Made by a program: the position numbers and the translations under genes. DNA of 64,000 nt from contig CBDANF010000003.1 in assembly GCA_965197475.1 (NCBI GenBank), forward strand, positions 2,400,001 through 2,464,000, written 5' to 3'. The stretch is from Candidatus Poribacteria bacterium. Lineage in GTDB: Bacteria > Poribacteria > WGA-4E > WGA-3G. The notes under the pieces were generated by a model. It did no database searches. It had not been told where the DNA came from and saw only the letters and a program-made list of their open reading frames with translations. Position 1 is the stretch's first letter. Each line of letters opens with the position of its first letter. Positions 1-10,869 of the stretch are shown piece after piece.

Positions 1-45
1 TATGCGTCAACCTATCACCGTATTAACCAGAATGAGGGAAAAATT

Positions 46-1929
46 TTGAAAGCACTTCCGTTTACAGATGTTACAATTACTGACCGTTTTTGGGCACCAC
101 GACAGGCGACGAATTCAGAGAAAACTATTCCACATGAACTTGAGCAGTGCCGAAATACCGGTAGGATAAATAACTTTGCGAAAGCCGCTGGCTTGATGTC
201 TGGCAACTTTGAAGGCATCTTTTTTAACGACTCGGATGTTCACAAATTAGTGGAAGCAGCGTCTTATACCCTAAAGACACATCCTAATCCTGAATGGGAA
301 GCAGAACTGGACGAAGTTATTGACACAATCGCCAAAAGCCAACAAGTAGATGGCTATCTGAATTCTTATTTTACGTTAGTTGAACCGCAAAAGAGATGGC
401 AAAACCTTGGTATGATGCACGAGTTGTATTGTGCTGGACATCTATTTGAAGCAGGTGTAGCGCATTATCAAGCGACAGGAAAACAAAAGTTGCTTGATGT
501 TGCGTGTCGATTCGCAGATCTCATTGATAGCACTTTCGGACACGGGAAACGTGACGGTTTGCCAGGACACCAAGGAATTGAACTTGCGTTAGTGAAATTG
601 GCGCGTGTGACAGGCGAAGCACGTTACATGTCTCTCGCTGAATACTTTGTCACGAAGCGCGGACATTCTCCGTCAGTGTTTGAGAAGGAATTGGAAAATC
701 CTGACCTACCCGGCGGACTTGGGGCGTATCAGCATCACTACACACGTGATGATAAATTTGAAGGCACCTATTCACAGGCACATCTGCCGATACAGGAACA
801 GACAGAATGCGTTGGGCATGCAGTCCGTGCGATGTATCTCTATGGCGGTGCTGCCGATATCGCTTATGATACCGGTGACACCGGTATCACAAACGCATTG
901 GACGCACTTTGGCAGAATGTAGAGAAGCGATTGTACGTTACAGGTGGCGTAGGTCCGTCTGGACATAACGAAGGGTTCACCCAGGATTACGAATTGCCGA
1001 ATTTCTCCGCGTATGCTGAGACGTGTGCATCGATCGGATTGATATTTTGGGCACATCGGATGTTTCTATTGAAAGGTGAGTCACGTTTTATTGATGTCCT
1101 GGAAACCGCACTCTACAACGGTGCGCTCTCCGGTATTTCACTTGATGGCACAGATTTTTTCTATCAGAATCCGTTGGCGAGTCGCGGTGGAAGACATCGG
1201 CACGCTTGGTTCGGGTGTGCGTGTTGTCCACCGAATATTGCTCGTCTGCTCGGTTCCCTCGGGCAGTATATCTATGCACAATCTGAAAAAGAACTATGGG
1301 TTAACCTATATGTTGGCGGCACCGCTTCCGCTAAAGTAGCAGGAGATGTCTCTCTGAAATTAACACTGGAGACAGATTATCCATGGTCGGGAGATGTCAA
1401 GATAACTGTTAATCCTGAGAGATCTACAAAGTTTACATTGAATTTGCGGATTCCGAGTTGGTGTAACAATTTTGACGTGAGCATCAACGGTGAATCTTAT
1501 AATGCTAAGACTACATCTGATGGATATCTTCCAATTGATAGACAGTGGCATGCTAACGACACAGTGGAATTGAACTTGGATATGCCGGTCGAACGAATTC
1601 ACGCGCATCCTTATGTGAGAGATAATCTTGGACGGTCAGCATTAAGCCGCGGTCCTTTAGTCTACTGTTTTGAGGATACTGACAATCCCGATGGTGCTTT
1701 TGAGACGTTGTCGCTTGTTAATGATGCAGCTGTGAAAGCCGTGTTTGACAGTGAACTCCTCGGTGGTATTACACTGCTCCATGGTACTGGCACGGTGTAT
1801 GATGCCACTGATTGGGAAAATAATCTCTATCTTCAGAAACCGGACTTGAAACGGATGGGAGTTACGGCGATTCCGTATTACGCATGGTGTAACCGTGGAG
1901 CAGGACAGATGGCAGTGTGGGTTCTTTAG
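46..1929 (+). CDS. GH127 family glycoside hydrolase (beta-L-arabinofuranosidase-like, DUF1680)
   Basis: Motifs HELYCAGH, GHQGIELAL, GHAVRAMY, YAETCAS, CACCPPN and C-terminal IPYYAWxNRG; TTG start preceded by GAGGG. Confidence 0.92.
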   Translation: MKALPFTDVTITDRFWAPRQATNSEKTIPHELEQCRNTGRINNFAKAAGLMSGNFEGIFFNDSDVHKLVEAASYTLKTHPNPEWEAELDEVIDTIAKSQQVDGYLNSYFTLVEPQKRWQNLGMMHELYCAGHLFEAGVAHYQATGKQKLLDVACRFADLIDSTFGHGKRDGLPGHQGIELALVKLARVTGEARYMSLAEYFVTKRGHSPSVFEKELENPDLPGGLGAYQHHYTRDDKFEGTYSQAHLPIQEQTECVGHAVRAMYLYGGAADIAYDTGDTGITNALDALWQNVEKRLYVTGGVGPSGHNEGFTQDYELPNFSAYAETCASIGLIFWAHRMFLLKGESRFIDVLETALYNGALSGISLDGTDFFYQNPLASRGGRHRHAWFGCACCPPNIARLLGSLGQYIYAQSEKELWVNLYVGGTASAKVAGDVSLKLTLETDYPWSGDVKITVNPERSTKFTLNLRIPSWCNNFDVSINGESYNAKTTSDGYLPIDRQWHANDTVELNLDMPVERIHAHPYVRDNLGRSALSRGPLVYCFEDTDNPDGAFETLSLVNDAAVKAVFDSELLGGITLLHGTGTVYDATDWENNLYLQKPDLKRMGVTAIPYYAWCNRGAGQMAVWVL

Positions 1930-2011
1930 TCTGCTTACTGCTAAAAGAACAATTGAATTTCCGGAAAGTAAATCGAATTATATTAACAATTCTTCATAAA
2001 AGGAGTTAAAA

Positions 2012-2560
2012 ATGAAGCGAATTGTGCAATTAATTGTATTGATATTTTGTGTATCCACACTTTTCGCCGGTTGCGACCAGATGACTAAACCGGTTATGAA
2101 TGTCATGCCCCCTACCCAGACCAATATAGAAAGGGCACGAGCGGCGATGGAGAGAGTCAATCAGAGACGGACAGAAGCACATCAAAAGGCTGAAGAAACA
2201 GGTGATTTTTTAACATTATTTATCGATTCTGAAGCCATTTTCAAAGAAGAACTCGGATTCCGAAAAGGATTGTTGGCCGATTTAGTTGAGATATATCGCG
2301 AAGAGAATTCTGAAGATCCTGAAGTATTAGAAGGTTATAGCAAGATGCAGGATGCTTTCACTGAAAAATTGGAAGAAGGCACACTTCCCCCATTTGGAAT
2401 GGTCTACTTTGAATACATCAGAACTTTTGATCCGTTAATTGTTGAATATCTTCGGTTATCATACGTATTTCCGCAAATGGAGGAGGCAGGTCTACTTGAA
2501 CGATTCAGAGGGTCTATAAGAGAAGGTAAAGTGACTATAGTATTCCCCGAAAATTTTTGA
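2012..2560 (+). CDS. Hypothetical lipoprotein
   Basis: AGGAG RBS; signal peptide ending in lipobox FAG-C; helical body. Confidence 0.75.
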   Translation: MKRIVQLIVLIFCVSTLFAGCDQMTKPVMNVMPPTQTNIERARAAMERVNQRRTEAHQKAEETGDFLTLFIDSEAIFKEELGFRKGLLADLVEIYREENSEDPEVLEGYSKMQDAFTEKLEEGTLPPFGMVYFEYIRTFDPLIVEYLRLSYVFPQMEEAGLLERFRGSIREGKVTIVFPENF

Positions 2561-2595
2561 TTTTCTCTGTTAATGTTGCTGACTCTGTGATGCAA

Positions 2596-5352
2596 CTAAC
2601 GTATCTCCCATAGGAGGATTGTGCCATCCTCACTCCCACTGGCGAGCGTGTTTCCATCTGGAGAAAATGCTACGAAAATGTCATCATTTCTATGATGTCC
2701 AGTGAGTGTGGTTATATGCGTCCCCGTTTGTGTTTGCCACAAACGTACTGTGCTATCTCTACCTCCAGTAGCGAGTATGGTGCCATCTGGAGAAAACGCA
2801 ATGGAAGTGATAGAATTAGTATGTCCACTGAGTGGTTCAATTATCTTTCCTGTGTGTGCGTCCCATAGGATTAGACTTTTGCTTGACCCTGCACTGGCGA
2901 TTGTAGTGCTATTCGGTGAAAATGCAACTGAAGAAACAGTCGAAGCATGATAACCTTCAAGCGTGGCAATGTGTTTCCCTGAGGGTATATCCCACAACCG
3001 TACAGTCTTATCATAACTTCCGCTTGCAAGTGTATTTCCGTCTGGAGAAAACGAAACAGACGTGACATGTCGCGTATGTCCTGCAATTGTTGCTATGTGT
3101 TCTCTTGTGTGAATGTTCCACAATCGAACTGTTTTATCATCACTTCCGCTTGCAAGGATGTTTCCATCCGGAGAAAATGCTGCAGAAGTGACCCGACCAT
3201 TATGTCCTATGAGAGTGTGTATATGTTTTCCTGTTTGTGCTTCCCATAAGCATATCGCCTTTTGTGCAGTTGTGGTAGCAATAGTTTTTCCATCCGGTGA
3301 ATATGCGACGGAATCAATACCGTATGAATGTCCTTTCAGTGTGGCTTTGAGTTGTCTGGTGTGAACGTCCCATAAGTATCCCTCCTTGTCCCACCTTGTG
3401 GTAGCAATAGTTTTTCCATCCGGTGAATATGTTAAAGCAGTGACTTTTGACTTATGTTCAGTAATTGTAGTTCTGAGTTCTCCGGTTTGTGTGTTCCACA
3501 ATTTCACTGTACTGTCATCCTGACTACCAGTAACAACGGTATTTCCATCTGGAGAAAACGCTACAGAAGTAACAGCGTGAGTGTGACCTTTGAGTGCGGT
3601 TTTTTGTTCTCCAGTATGTGCATTCCGCAGCTGCATGACTCCATAGCTTCCAGTTGCGATAGTCGTACCATCAGGTGAAAACGCTAAAGAATAGATACCT
3701 CCATTAGGTTCTGCGATTATATTTCTGAGTTCACCAGTTTGTGCGTTCCACAATCGCAATCTATTATCCAAACATGCGGTAGCGATGGTTTTTCCATCAG
3801 GAGAATACGCGATAGAAGAGACTGTTGAGAAATGGCCTTTTTGTTTAGATGGTCTTGTGAGTGTTGCTATATGCTGCCCTGTGCGTGCGTTCCATAGGTG
3901 TGCTGTCTTGTCGGCACTTCCGCTGGCAATTGTCTTGCCATCCGGAGAATATGTGATGCATGTAATACCGTCCGTATGTCCTTTGAATGTCGTTATGAGT
4001 TCTCCTGTTTGTTTATTCCACACCCGTACTTCTGGTTCTATTTCTTCAAAGACCTTAAAAGTCCCATTGCCGGTCGCCAGCGTGTTTCCATCTGGGGAAA
4101 ATGCTATTGCAGTTATATCCCACTGATGTCCTACAAGTGTAGCTAAGTGTGTTGCTGTACGTGCGTCCCACAATCGGACAGTTCTATCTCGACTTCCACT
4201 GGCGAGAGTGGCACCATCCGGAGAAAATGCAATGGCAGTGACATCGGACGGCTTTCCTGCTATTAGGTTAAGTTCTTTTTCTTTGCCAGGTCGCACATCA
4301 TAAATCCATATCCCGATGGAGCTTGCAACTGCAAGACGATTGCCATCAGGTGAGAAAGCGATATTTCCAGTTATCTCACCCTTACCGAGTCGTGCTTTTG
4401 CGCCTTTGGGCAGTGCCCATTGCGTGTAGTCTCCTGGGTCTGATAAAACTTGATTTGATTGCTGTTCAGTGCCACTACCTGTGCCGGAAGTATCGGAATT
4501 ATTTCTTTGCAGATTTCTGACATCCGGTTTTGCCTCAATATCCTGGACTATAGGTGTATCAATAAGTTCTACCGTCATCTCAGACTGCGTGTCCAAGCTA
4601 TAGGGTTGCTGGAAACGCGCTAATTTCTGGCTGCCCATGCCAAGTATCAACACAATTAAAATGATACCGGATGCAGCCAGTACCCACGGCACGAATGGCG
4701 TACTTCCAGAAGGCGCAGCTGGATTAAGGTGTGCTACCTCTCTTATTATATTCTCAGTTAAGTTTGCAGAAATTTGAAAATTACTCAGTGCTTCTCGAAT
4801 CATCGGTTCCTCCTTTTTTAAACGTTGTCTGGCACGGCTGAGCCGACTCTTAATTGCACTGGGAGATACCCCTAAAAATCGACTAATCTCTTCACACGTC
4901 ATCTCACCAAAATAGTGGAGTATCATTACCGTGCGTTCACTCTCTTTTAGTTTCGCAAGCAGCTTCTTTACAACCTCGCGTTGTGCCTCTGTCGTAGTTT
5001 TTGCCTTTTCCCTTGCAACATATTGGGAATACGCGGTTTCCTCACCTATCTCAGTGTCAATGTCTTCCAGGGGTTCAGTTTCCAAGCGTCTCTTACGGAG
5101 CCAGGCAAGGCAACGGCGCGTCGCAATTACATACAACCACCCAGAAAACTGATTTGGGTTTTGCAAAGTTCCCAGTTTTTGATAGACTTTGAGGAATGTG
5201 TCCTGCGTAATCTCTTCAGCGATATGGAAATCACCTATTTTCCGCCAAGCGAGTGCGTGCACCTGCTTTTGATATTTTTCGACTAAACTTGCAAAGGCAG
5301 TATCATCACCCTCAAGGAAACGGTAAATTAGTTCAACATTATTATTTTTCAT
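2596..5352 (-). CDS. ECF sigma factor fused via a TM helix to a WD40 beta-propeller region
   Basis: Region 2 (AEEITQDTFLKVY...FSGWLYVIA), region 4 (MTCEEISRFLGVSPSAIKSRLSRAR), hydrophobic WVLAASGIILIVLILG, then about 14 WD40 repeats. Start moved to ATG 5352 (GGAG RBS); the ORF track starts at 5457. Confidence 0.9.
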   Translation of the reverse strand: MKNNNVELIYRFLEGDDTAFASLVEKYQKQVHALAWRKIGDFHIAEEITQDTFLKVYQKLGTLQNPNQFSGWLYVIATRRCLAWLRKRRLETEPLEDIDTEIGEETAYSQYVAREKAKTTTEAQREVVKKLLAKLKESERTVMILHYFGEMTCEEISRFLGVSPSAIKSRLSRARQRLKKEEPMIREALSNFQISANLTENIIREVAHLNPAAPSGSTPFVPWVLAASGIILIVLILGMGSQKLARFQQPYSLDTQSEMTVELIDTPIVQDIEAKPDVRNLQRNNSDTSGTGSGTEQQSNQVLSDPGDYTQWALPKGAKARLGKGEITGNIAFSPDGNRLAVASSIGIWIYDVRPGKEKELNLIAGKPSDVTAIAFSPDGATLASGSRDRTVRLWDARTATHLATLVGHQWDITAIAFSPDGNTLATGNGTFKVFEEIEPEVRVWNKQTGELITTFKGHTDGITCITYSPDGKTIASGSADKTAHLWNARTGQHIATLTRPSKQKGHFSTVSSIAYSPDGKTIATACLDNRLRLWNAQTGELRNIIAEPNGGIYSLAFSPDGTTIATGSYGVMQLRNAHTGEQKTALKGHTHAVTSVAFSPDGNTVVTGSQDDSTVKLWNTQTGELRTTITEHKSKVTALTYSPDGKTIATTRWDKEGYLWDVHTRQLKATLKGHSYGIDSVAYSPDGKTIATTTAQKAICLWEAQTGKHIHTLIGHNGRVTSAAFSPDGNILASGSDDKTVRLWNIHTREHIATIAGHTRHVTSVSFSPDGNTLASGSYDKTVRLWDIPSGKHIATLEGYHASTVSSVAFSPNSTTIASAGSSKSLILWDAHTGKIIEPLSGHTNSITSIAFSPDGTILATGGRDSTVRLWQTQTGTHITTLTGHHRNDDIFVAFSPDGNTLASGSEDGTILLWEIR

Positions 5353-5402
5353 TAGACATCTCCAGAAAGAAGTAGCTGCATTGAAAGTCGCTTCAATATA
5401 TA

Positions 5403-5431
5403 GTGACGCGGGTAGGAGGTAAAACGGTCGC
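5403..5431 (-). promoter_or_regulatory. Putative ECF-type autoregulatory promoter
   Basis: Minus strand GCGACC-N17-CGTCAC about 50 nt upstream of the ECF start; resembles the ECF -35/CGTC -10 pattern. Confidence 0.5.
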
Positions 5432-5617
5432 TTAATTCTAAAAAAATTGTAATTCAAATAAATTTTTTATGAAATGGTAGGATTGTGTGGAATAACATTC
5501 ACAAGCAAATTGAGATATCAATATGTTAGATTATTGGTTAATTCCACGAGAGAAGTGTTTGTAAAATAAATTGAACAAAGGAAAAGTAGTGAGGTAATTA
5601 CTTGATTGGCACGGAAT

Positions 5618-5963
5618 TAACGCAATTTCCATAGGAGGATTGTGCCATCGTAACTTCCACTCACAATCGTGTCTCCATTCGGTGAAAACACAACATTCTT
5701 GACACCTCCTGTATGACCATTGAATGTGGCGATGTGGTTTCCAGTATGTGTATCCACAACTGCACCATATTGTCCCTACTACTCGTAACGATAATTACCC
5801 CGTTCGGTGAGAAAGCGATATTTCCAGTTATCTTGCCTTTACCGAGACGCGCGGTGGCACGGTCGGGTAAACCCCATTTTATGTAATCTTGAGCAAATGC
5901 GTTGGGTGGCAATAAGGTAAAAGTTAAAAATAAGGTGATGATAGATAACAGAGTATTTTTCAT
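5618..5963 (-). pseudogene. Internally deleted, frameshifted WD40 gene remnant
   Basis: Signal peptide plus QDYIKWGLPDRATARLGKGKITGNIAFSP, one repeat, a frameshift near 5755, then a terminal repeat DGTILLWKLR* nearly identical to the 6016 gene end. Confidence 0.85.
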
Positions 5964-6015
5964 TGATCAGATTTTCCCTTCAAAAACATAAATTTTGCTT
6001 GATAGAAGGCTGCAA

Positions 6016-8766
6016 CTAACGCAGTTTCCATAGGAGGATTGTCCCATCGTCACTGCCAGAAGCAATTGTAGCACCATCTGGGGAAAACGCTACAAAAATG
6101 CGATGCCCCTTATGCGCGTTGGTGAGTGTTGCTATGTTCTGTCCTGTGGCTGCATCCCACAACCGGACCGTCTTGTCTGAACTTCCACTCGCGATAATGT
6201 TGCCATCCGGAGAATACGCTATAGAATAGACAGTTGACTGGTGCCCGATGAGTGTGGTTTTGTGTTTTGCTGTGTGCGCGTCCCACAGGCGTATTGTCTT
6301 GTCATAACTTGCGGTAGCAATAGTATTTCCATCCGGAGAATATACCACAGAAAGGACAGCGTCCTTATGTCCAGCGAGTGTTGCGATGTTTTGTCGCGTT
6401 GCTGCATCCCACAGCTGCACGGTCCGATCCTTACTTCCTGTGGCGATCGTATTTCCATCCGGAGAATATACCACAGAAGTGACATTGTCTCTATGTCCTG
6501 TGAGTGTTCCTATGTGCGTTTCTGTGCGTGTATCCCACAACCGCGCTGTCATGCTTCTACCTCCACTCCCACTTGCGAGTTTCGTGCCATCCGGTGAAAA
6601 CGCCAAGGAATTGATAAGATATTTATGTCCTGTAAGTGTTGCCATGTGCTGCCTTGTAGATGTATCCCATAACCGTATTGTACTATCCCAACTTCCCGTA
6701 GCGATAATTTTGCCATCCGGGGAATACGCGATGGCATATACAAATGACTTATGTCCTTTAAGTGTGGTAATGTGTTTTCCCGAGTGTGCGTCCCATAAGT
6801 GCACTGTATCGTCGGTACTGCCGTTAGCAATAGTATTTCCATCCGGTGAAAATACAACGGAAGTGACACTCTCTGTATATCTTGTGAGTGTGGAAAATTT
6901 GTGTCCTTTTGTTTTTGTGTCCCACAATCGCACTGTTCTGTCCGAACTTCCAGAAGCAATAGTAGTATTATCCGGGGAATACGCGACAGAAAAAACAGTC
7001 CCCGCATGTCCTGTGAGTATAACTTTGTGTTGCCCTGTGTGTGCGTCCCATAAACGTACCGTCTCGTCCCAACTTACGCTAGCGATAGTATTTCCATCCG
7101 GGGAATACGCAAGGGATCTAATCTGCCCCGTATGCCCTATGAGTGTGTTTTTGTGTTTTCCTGTTTGTGCGTTCCACAACCGCACCGTTTTGTCCCAACT
7201 TGCGCTTGCAATCGTTTTTCCATCCGGGGAATACGCTACGGAATAGACCTCTCCTGTATGCCCTATGAGTGTAGTTCTGTGTTTTCCCGTGTGCGCGTCC
7301 CTCACCTGCACGGTCTTGTCCGCGCTACCAATAGCGATAGTTCTTCCATCAGGGGAATACGCGATGGAATGGATTCCTGGTGTATCCCTCGTGATTGTAG
7401 ATTTATGTTTTCCTGTGTGTGCGTCCAATAATAGCACCTTGTCCCAACATGCTGCAGCGATAGTGTTCCCATCCGGGGAATACACTACGGATAAGAGATT
7501 CTGCGTATGCCCCGTAATTGTGATTTTGTGTTTTCCTGTATGCGCGTCCCATAACCATACTTTGTCCCAACTTGCACAAGCGATAGTATTTCCATCCGGG
7601 GAATACGCTAAGGAATCAACTCTCAACGGATGTTCAGCGAATATGATGTTTTCGCCTGTGTGTACGTCCCATAAACGCACCGTCTTGTCCGAACTACCCG
7701 TAGCGATAGTTTTTCCATCAGGAGAGAACGCAATGGATAAGATAATCCCTATATGTCCTTTGAGTACGGCTTTGTGTTGCTCAGTGTCTGCATCCCACAG
7801 TTTTACTGTCCCATCCCCACTTGCACTTGCAATTATGTCTCCACCTGGAGAAAACGCGACAGCACCGACTCCTGAGATATGTCCTATCAGTATGGTTTTA
7901 CGCTCCGCTGTGCCAGCGTCCCACAGTCTCACTATCCCATCCCAACTACCCGTAGCGATAGTTTTTCCATCAGGAGAAAATACTACGGATCTAACTCTGC
8001 CCGTATAAACGCTGATTGAGGCAACTTTCTGTTTCCCTGTGTGAGCATCCCACAGTCGTAATGTGCTGTCCGAACTTCCTGTAGCGATCATGTTTCCATC
8101 AGGAGAAAATGCGACGGAAGTGACATAGCCCGTATGCCCTGTAAGAGTGATATTATGTTTTCCAATGTGAGTATCCCATAAGCGCACTGTCTTATCTGAA
8201 CTTCCGCTGGCGATAGTCTTTCCATCCGGGGAAAATGCGACGGACCTGACACCCTCCGTGTGCCCTATGAGTGTAGTTTTGTGTTTCCCAGTCTGTGTGT
8301 CCCATAGGCGCACTGTATTGTTTGAACTGCCACTAGCAATAGTGTTTCCATCCGGAGAATAAACTACGGAAGTGACATAGCCCGTATGCCCCGTGAGTGT
8401 TGTTATGTGTTGTCCCGTTACTGTATCCGACAACCGGACAGTTTCGTCCAGACTTCCACTCACAATAGTGTTCCCGTCTGGTGAAAACGCTACGGAAGTT
8501 ACCCAACCTTTATGTCCCGTAAGCAAATCAAGCTCTTTTTCTTTACCGGGACGCACATCGTAAATCCAAACACCGATCAAACTTGCAACAGCAAGCCGAG
8601 TGCCGCTTGGTGAGAAAGCGATATTTCCAGTTATCTTGCCTTTACCGAGACGCGCGGCGGCACCGTCAGGTAAACCCCATGTGGTATAATCTTGGGCAAA
8701 TACGTATGGCAGCAATAGGGAAAAAGTTAAAAACAGGGAGATAAGAAACAATGACACTGTTTTCAT
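6016..8766 (-). CDS. Secreted WD40 repeat protein (about 20 repeats)
   Basis: Signal peptide (VFA-QD); regular GH...SPDG...LWD repeats. Confidence 0.93.
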   Translation of the reverse strand: MKTVSLFLISLFLTFSLLLPYVFAQDYTTWGLPDGAAARLGKGKITGNIAFSPSGTRLAVASLIGVWIYDVRPGKEKELDLLTGHKGWVTSVAFSPDGNTIVSGSLDETVRLSDTVTGQHITTLTGHTGYVTSVVYSPDGNTIASGSSNNTVRLWDTQTGKHKTTLIGHTEGVRSVAFSPDGKTIASGSSDKTVRLWDTHIGKHNITLTGHTGYVTSVAFSPDGNMIATGSSDSTLRLWDAHTGKQKVASISVYTGRVRSVVFSPDGKTIATGSWDGIVRLWDAGTAERKTILIGHISGVGAVAFSPGGDIIASASGDGTVKLWDADTEQHKAVLKGHIGIILSIAFSPDGKTIATGSSDKTVRLWDVHTGENIIFAEHPLRVDSLAYSPDGNTIACASWDKVWLWDAHTGKHKITITGHTQNLLSVVYSPDGNTIAAACWDKVLLLDAHTGKHKSTITRDTPGIHSIAYSPDGRTIAIGSADKTVQVRDAHTGKHRTTLIGHTGEVYSVAYSPDGKTIASASWDKTVRLWNAQTGKHKNTLIGHTGQIRSLAYSPDGNTIASVSWDETVRLWDAHTGQHKVILTGHAGTVFSVAYSPDNTTIASGSSDRTVRLWDTKTKGHKFSTLTRYTESVTSVVFSPDGNTIANGSTDDTVHLWDAHSGKHITTLKGHKSFVYAIAYSPDGKIIATGSWDSTIRLWDTSTRQHMATLTGHKYLINSLAFSPDGTKLASGSGGRSMTARLWDTRTETHIGTLTGHRDNVTSVVYSPDGNTIATGSKDRTVQLWDAATRQNIATLAGHKDAVLSVVYSPDGNTIATASYDKTIRLWDAHTAKHKTTLIGHQSTVYSIAYSPDGNIIASGSSDKTVRLWDAATGQNIATLTNAHKGHRIFVAFSPDGATIASGSDDGTILLWKLR

Positions 8767-8806
8767 GGATCAATCTCTCCTCAGAAGTCAACTATTCACT
8801 GGATAA

Positions 8807-10699
8807 TTATTGCCGATGAAACCGGCGTTCCAATTCATCGCGCCCCATCTCAATGATGATAGGTCTTGAATGCGGACAATTGAACGGTAGTTTCGCCTCA
8901 GACAACTCGCGAACGAGGTTAATCATCTCTTTAGTATCTAATGTGTCCCCAGCTTTAACAGCAGAACGACAGGCGAGCGTAATCAAAGCGTTGTCAAGTG
9001 CTTCGGGTATTTCCACTTCGGTATGAGGTTGTTCGGGGAGTTTGTCAAGCAGGTCACTGACAGCTTGTGCTGCTGTTCGGGTTGGCAGTGGCGATGGTAT
9101 TGCCCGTATCAATATCGTGTTACCACCAAATTCTTCTAACTCAAACCCGATTTTTTTGAAGAGGTCCTCATGGACTTTGAGGATAGCAATCTGTTGCGCT
9201 GTGGCTTCAAGCGTAACAGGAAGCAGCAGCCCTTGCACAGGGATACCGTCAGTTTTTATCTGATTCACATACCTTTCATAAAGCACCCGTTCGGCGGCGA
9301 CGTGCTGGTCAATGAAGAATATCTTGTCTTGTCCCTCAGCAACAATATAGGTTTTAAAGAGATTTGTTTTCAGTTCAACATTTTCAAAATCGAGCAGTTT
9401 TAGGCTCGCGCCTTCAGGTATGGATTGTCGTGGAGGTTGCACAACAGTTTTGGTGACCTGAGGGGGGCGTTTAGTGCTTTTATCAACTGTGGGTCGTGTC
9501 TCAACCTGTTTAGTCTGTTTAGTCTCAAGATTTTCCGCAGGTACGTCCTCAAGTTGCGTAGTTTCAGTAGCATCTGCAGTTTCTTCTGCGGGAATTGTTG
9601 CCTGCCTGCGGTGTTGTGGTGTTGAGATTGGTTGCGTAGTGCCGGTGGTTTCGGTTTCAACTCTGTTTTCTTGAGACGTTTCTATAGGTGTTTCAATTTT
9701 CGGAATGAACTTTTCTTTGTGGATAACGTTGCGGATCATCCGAACAATGCCGCTGAAAATCGTCCGCTCATTCCGGAACCGCACCTCAACTTTGGCGGGG
9801 TGGACGTTTACATCAACGGTATCAGGTTCAAGTGTCAGGAAAAGCAGTGCTATGGCGTGTCTATTTTTCTGGATTGTTGCGCCGAGTGCTTCTTTTAGGG
9901 CTGCACCAATGATTTGACTTCGGATCGGCCGCTGATTCATAAAAAAGAGTTGATATTCGCGGTTCGGCTTGGTAAAATCGGGTTTTCCGAGTAGACCGGA
10001 GAGCTGAAAGTCAGGCAATTCTTCCGCAAATTCAATCAGATTATCAGCAAATTCTTTGCCATACAAGAGGCGCGCACGCTCCATGTTTGAATCACAAGCG
10101 CGGACATCCAAAATTGATCTGCCGTTGTGAGATAACGAAAAATGTATTTTCGGGTGTGCAAGTGCTGCCCACGTCACCTGTTTTGTGATGTGGTTCACCT
10201 CGGTAGTATCAGTTTTGAGGAACTTGAGGCGTGCGGGGACATTGTGGAAGAGATTGTTAATTGAAATGTGGGTGCCAGGGGAACATCCACTCTCTTCGAC
10301 AGAACGAAAGACACCACCCTCAACGTCAATCTTGGTCCCCTGTATGGCATCCGCAGTTCTGGTAAGAAGTTCAAACTGAGATACAGAGGCGATACTCGCT
10401 AACGCCTCCCCACGAAATCCGAAGGTGTGGATATTTTCAAGGTCTTCAATGCGGCTTACTTTGCTTGTTGCGTGGCGTTCTAAAGCAAGGAGCGCGTCCT
10501 CACGTTCCATGCCGACACCGTTATCTGAGACTCGGATGAGTCGTTTTCCGCCTGCGCGAATTTCGACACGAATGCTTGTGCTTTCAGCGTCAAGTGCATT
10601 TTCTATGAGTTCTTTAACAACAGATGCAGGACGTTCAACAACTTCACCTGCGGCGATTTTATTGGCTACATCTGCTGAGAGTATTTTGATTTTTGGCAT
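8807..10699 (-). CDS. mutL: DNA mismatch repair endonuclease MutL
   Basis: NKIAAGEVVERPASVVKELIEN, GFRGEALASI, DVNVHPAK, endonuclease motifs DQHVAAERVLYE, ACR and CPHSRP. Confidence 0.97.
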   Translation of the reverse strand: MPKIKILSADVANKIAAGEVVERPASVVKELIENALDAESTSIRVEIRAGGKRLIRVSDNGVGMEREDALLALERHATSKVSRIEDLENIHTFGFRGEALASIASVSQFELLTRTADAIQGTKIDVEGGVFRSVEESGCSPGTHISINNLFHNVPARLKFLKTDTTEVNHITKQVTWAALAHPKIHFSLSHNGRSILDVRACDSNMERARLLYGKEFADNLIEFAEELPDFQLSGLLGKPDFTKPNREYQLFFMNQRPIRSQIIGAALKEALGATIQKNRHAIALLFLTLEPDTVDVNVHPAKVEVRFRNERTIFSGIVRMIRNVIHKEKFIPKIETPIETSQENRVETETTGTTQPISTPQHRRQATIPAEETADATETTQLEDVPAENLETKQTKQVETRPTVDKSTKRPPQVTKTVVQPPRQSIPEGASLKLLDFENVELKTNLFKTYIVAEGQDKIFFIDQHVAAERVLYERYVNQIKTDGIPVQGLLLPVTLEATAQQIAILKVHEDLFKKIGFELEEFGGNTILIRAIPSPLPTRTAAQAVSDLLDKLPEQPHTEVEIPEALDNALITLACRSAVKAGDTLDTKEMINLVRELSEAKLPFNCPHSRPIIIEMGRDELERRFHRQ

Positions 10700-10761
10700 G
10701 TGTTCTTGAAACCCCGTTTTTTCAAACGCGAGTCGTCTCCATTATGTTAAATTTTGCGTTT

Positions 10762-10790
10762 AATTTAGCATATTCAGAGGCGGAAGTCAA
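10762..10790 (-). promoter_or_regulatory. Sigma70-type promoter for mutL
   Basis: Minus strand TTGACT-N17-TAAATT with TG extension. Confidence 0.55.
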
Positions 10791-10832
10791 GTAAAATAAA
10801 TTCGCTGTTCAATTGGAAATAGGTTGTAAAAC

Positions 10833-10862
10833 TTGACAGACAGATAGCATCGCGCTTATGAT
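10833..10862 (+). promoter_or_regulatory. Sigma70-type promoter for truD
   Basis: TTGACA-N18-TATGAT. Confidence 0.6.
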
Positions 10863-10869
10863 GATGCAG

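Noticed and set aside
6386-8008. Long antisense ORFs (PSGE repeats) over WD40 genes, and similar ones elsewhere
   Set aside because: Reverse-strand shadows of SPDG repeat codons.
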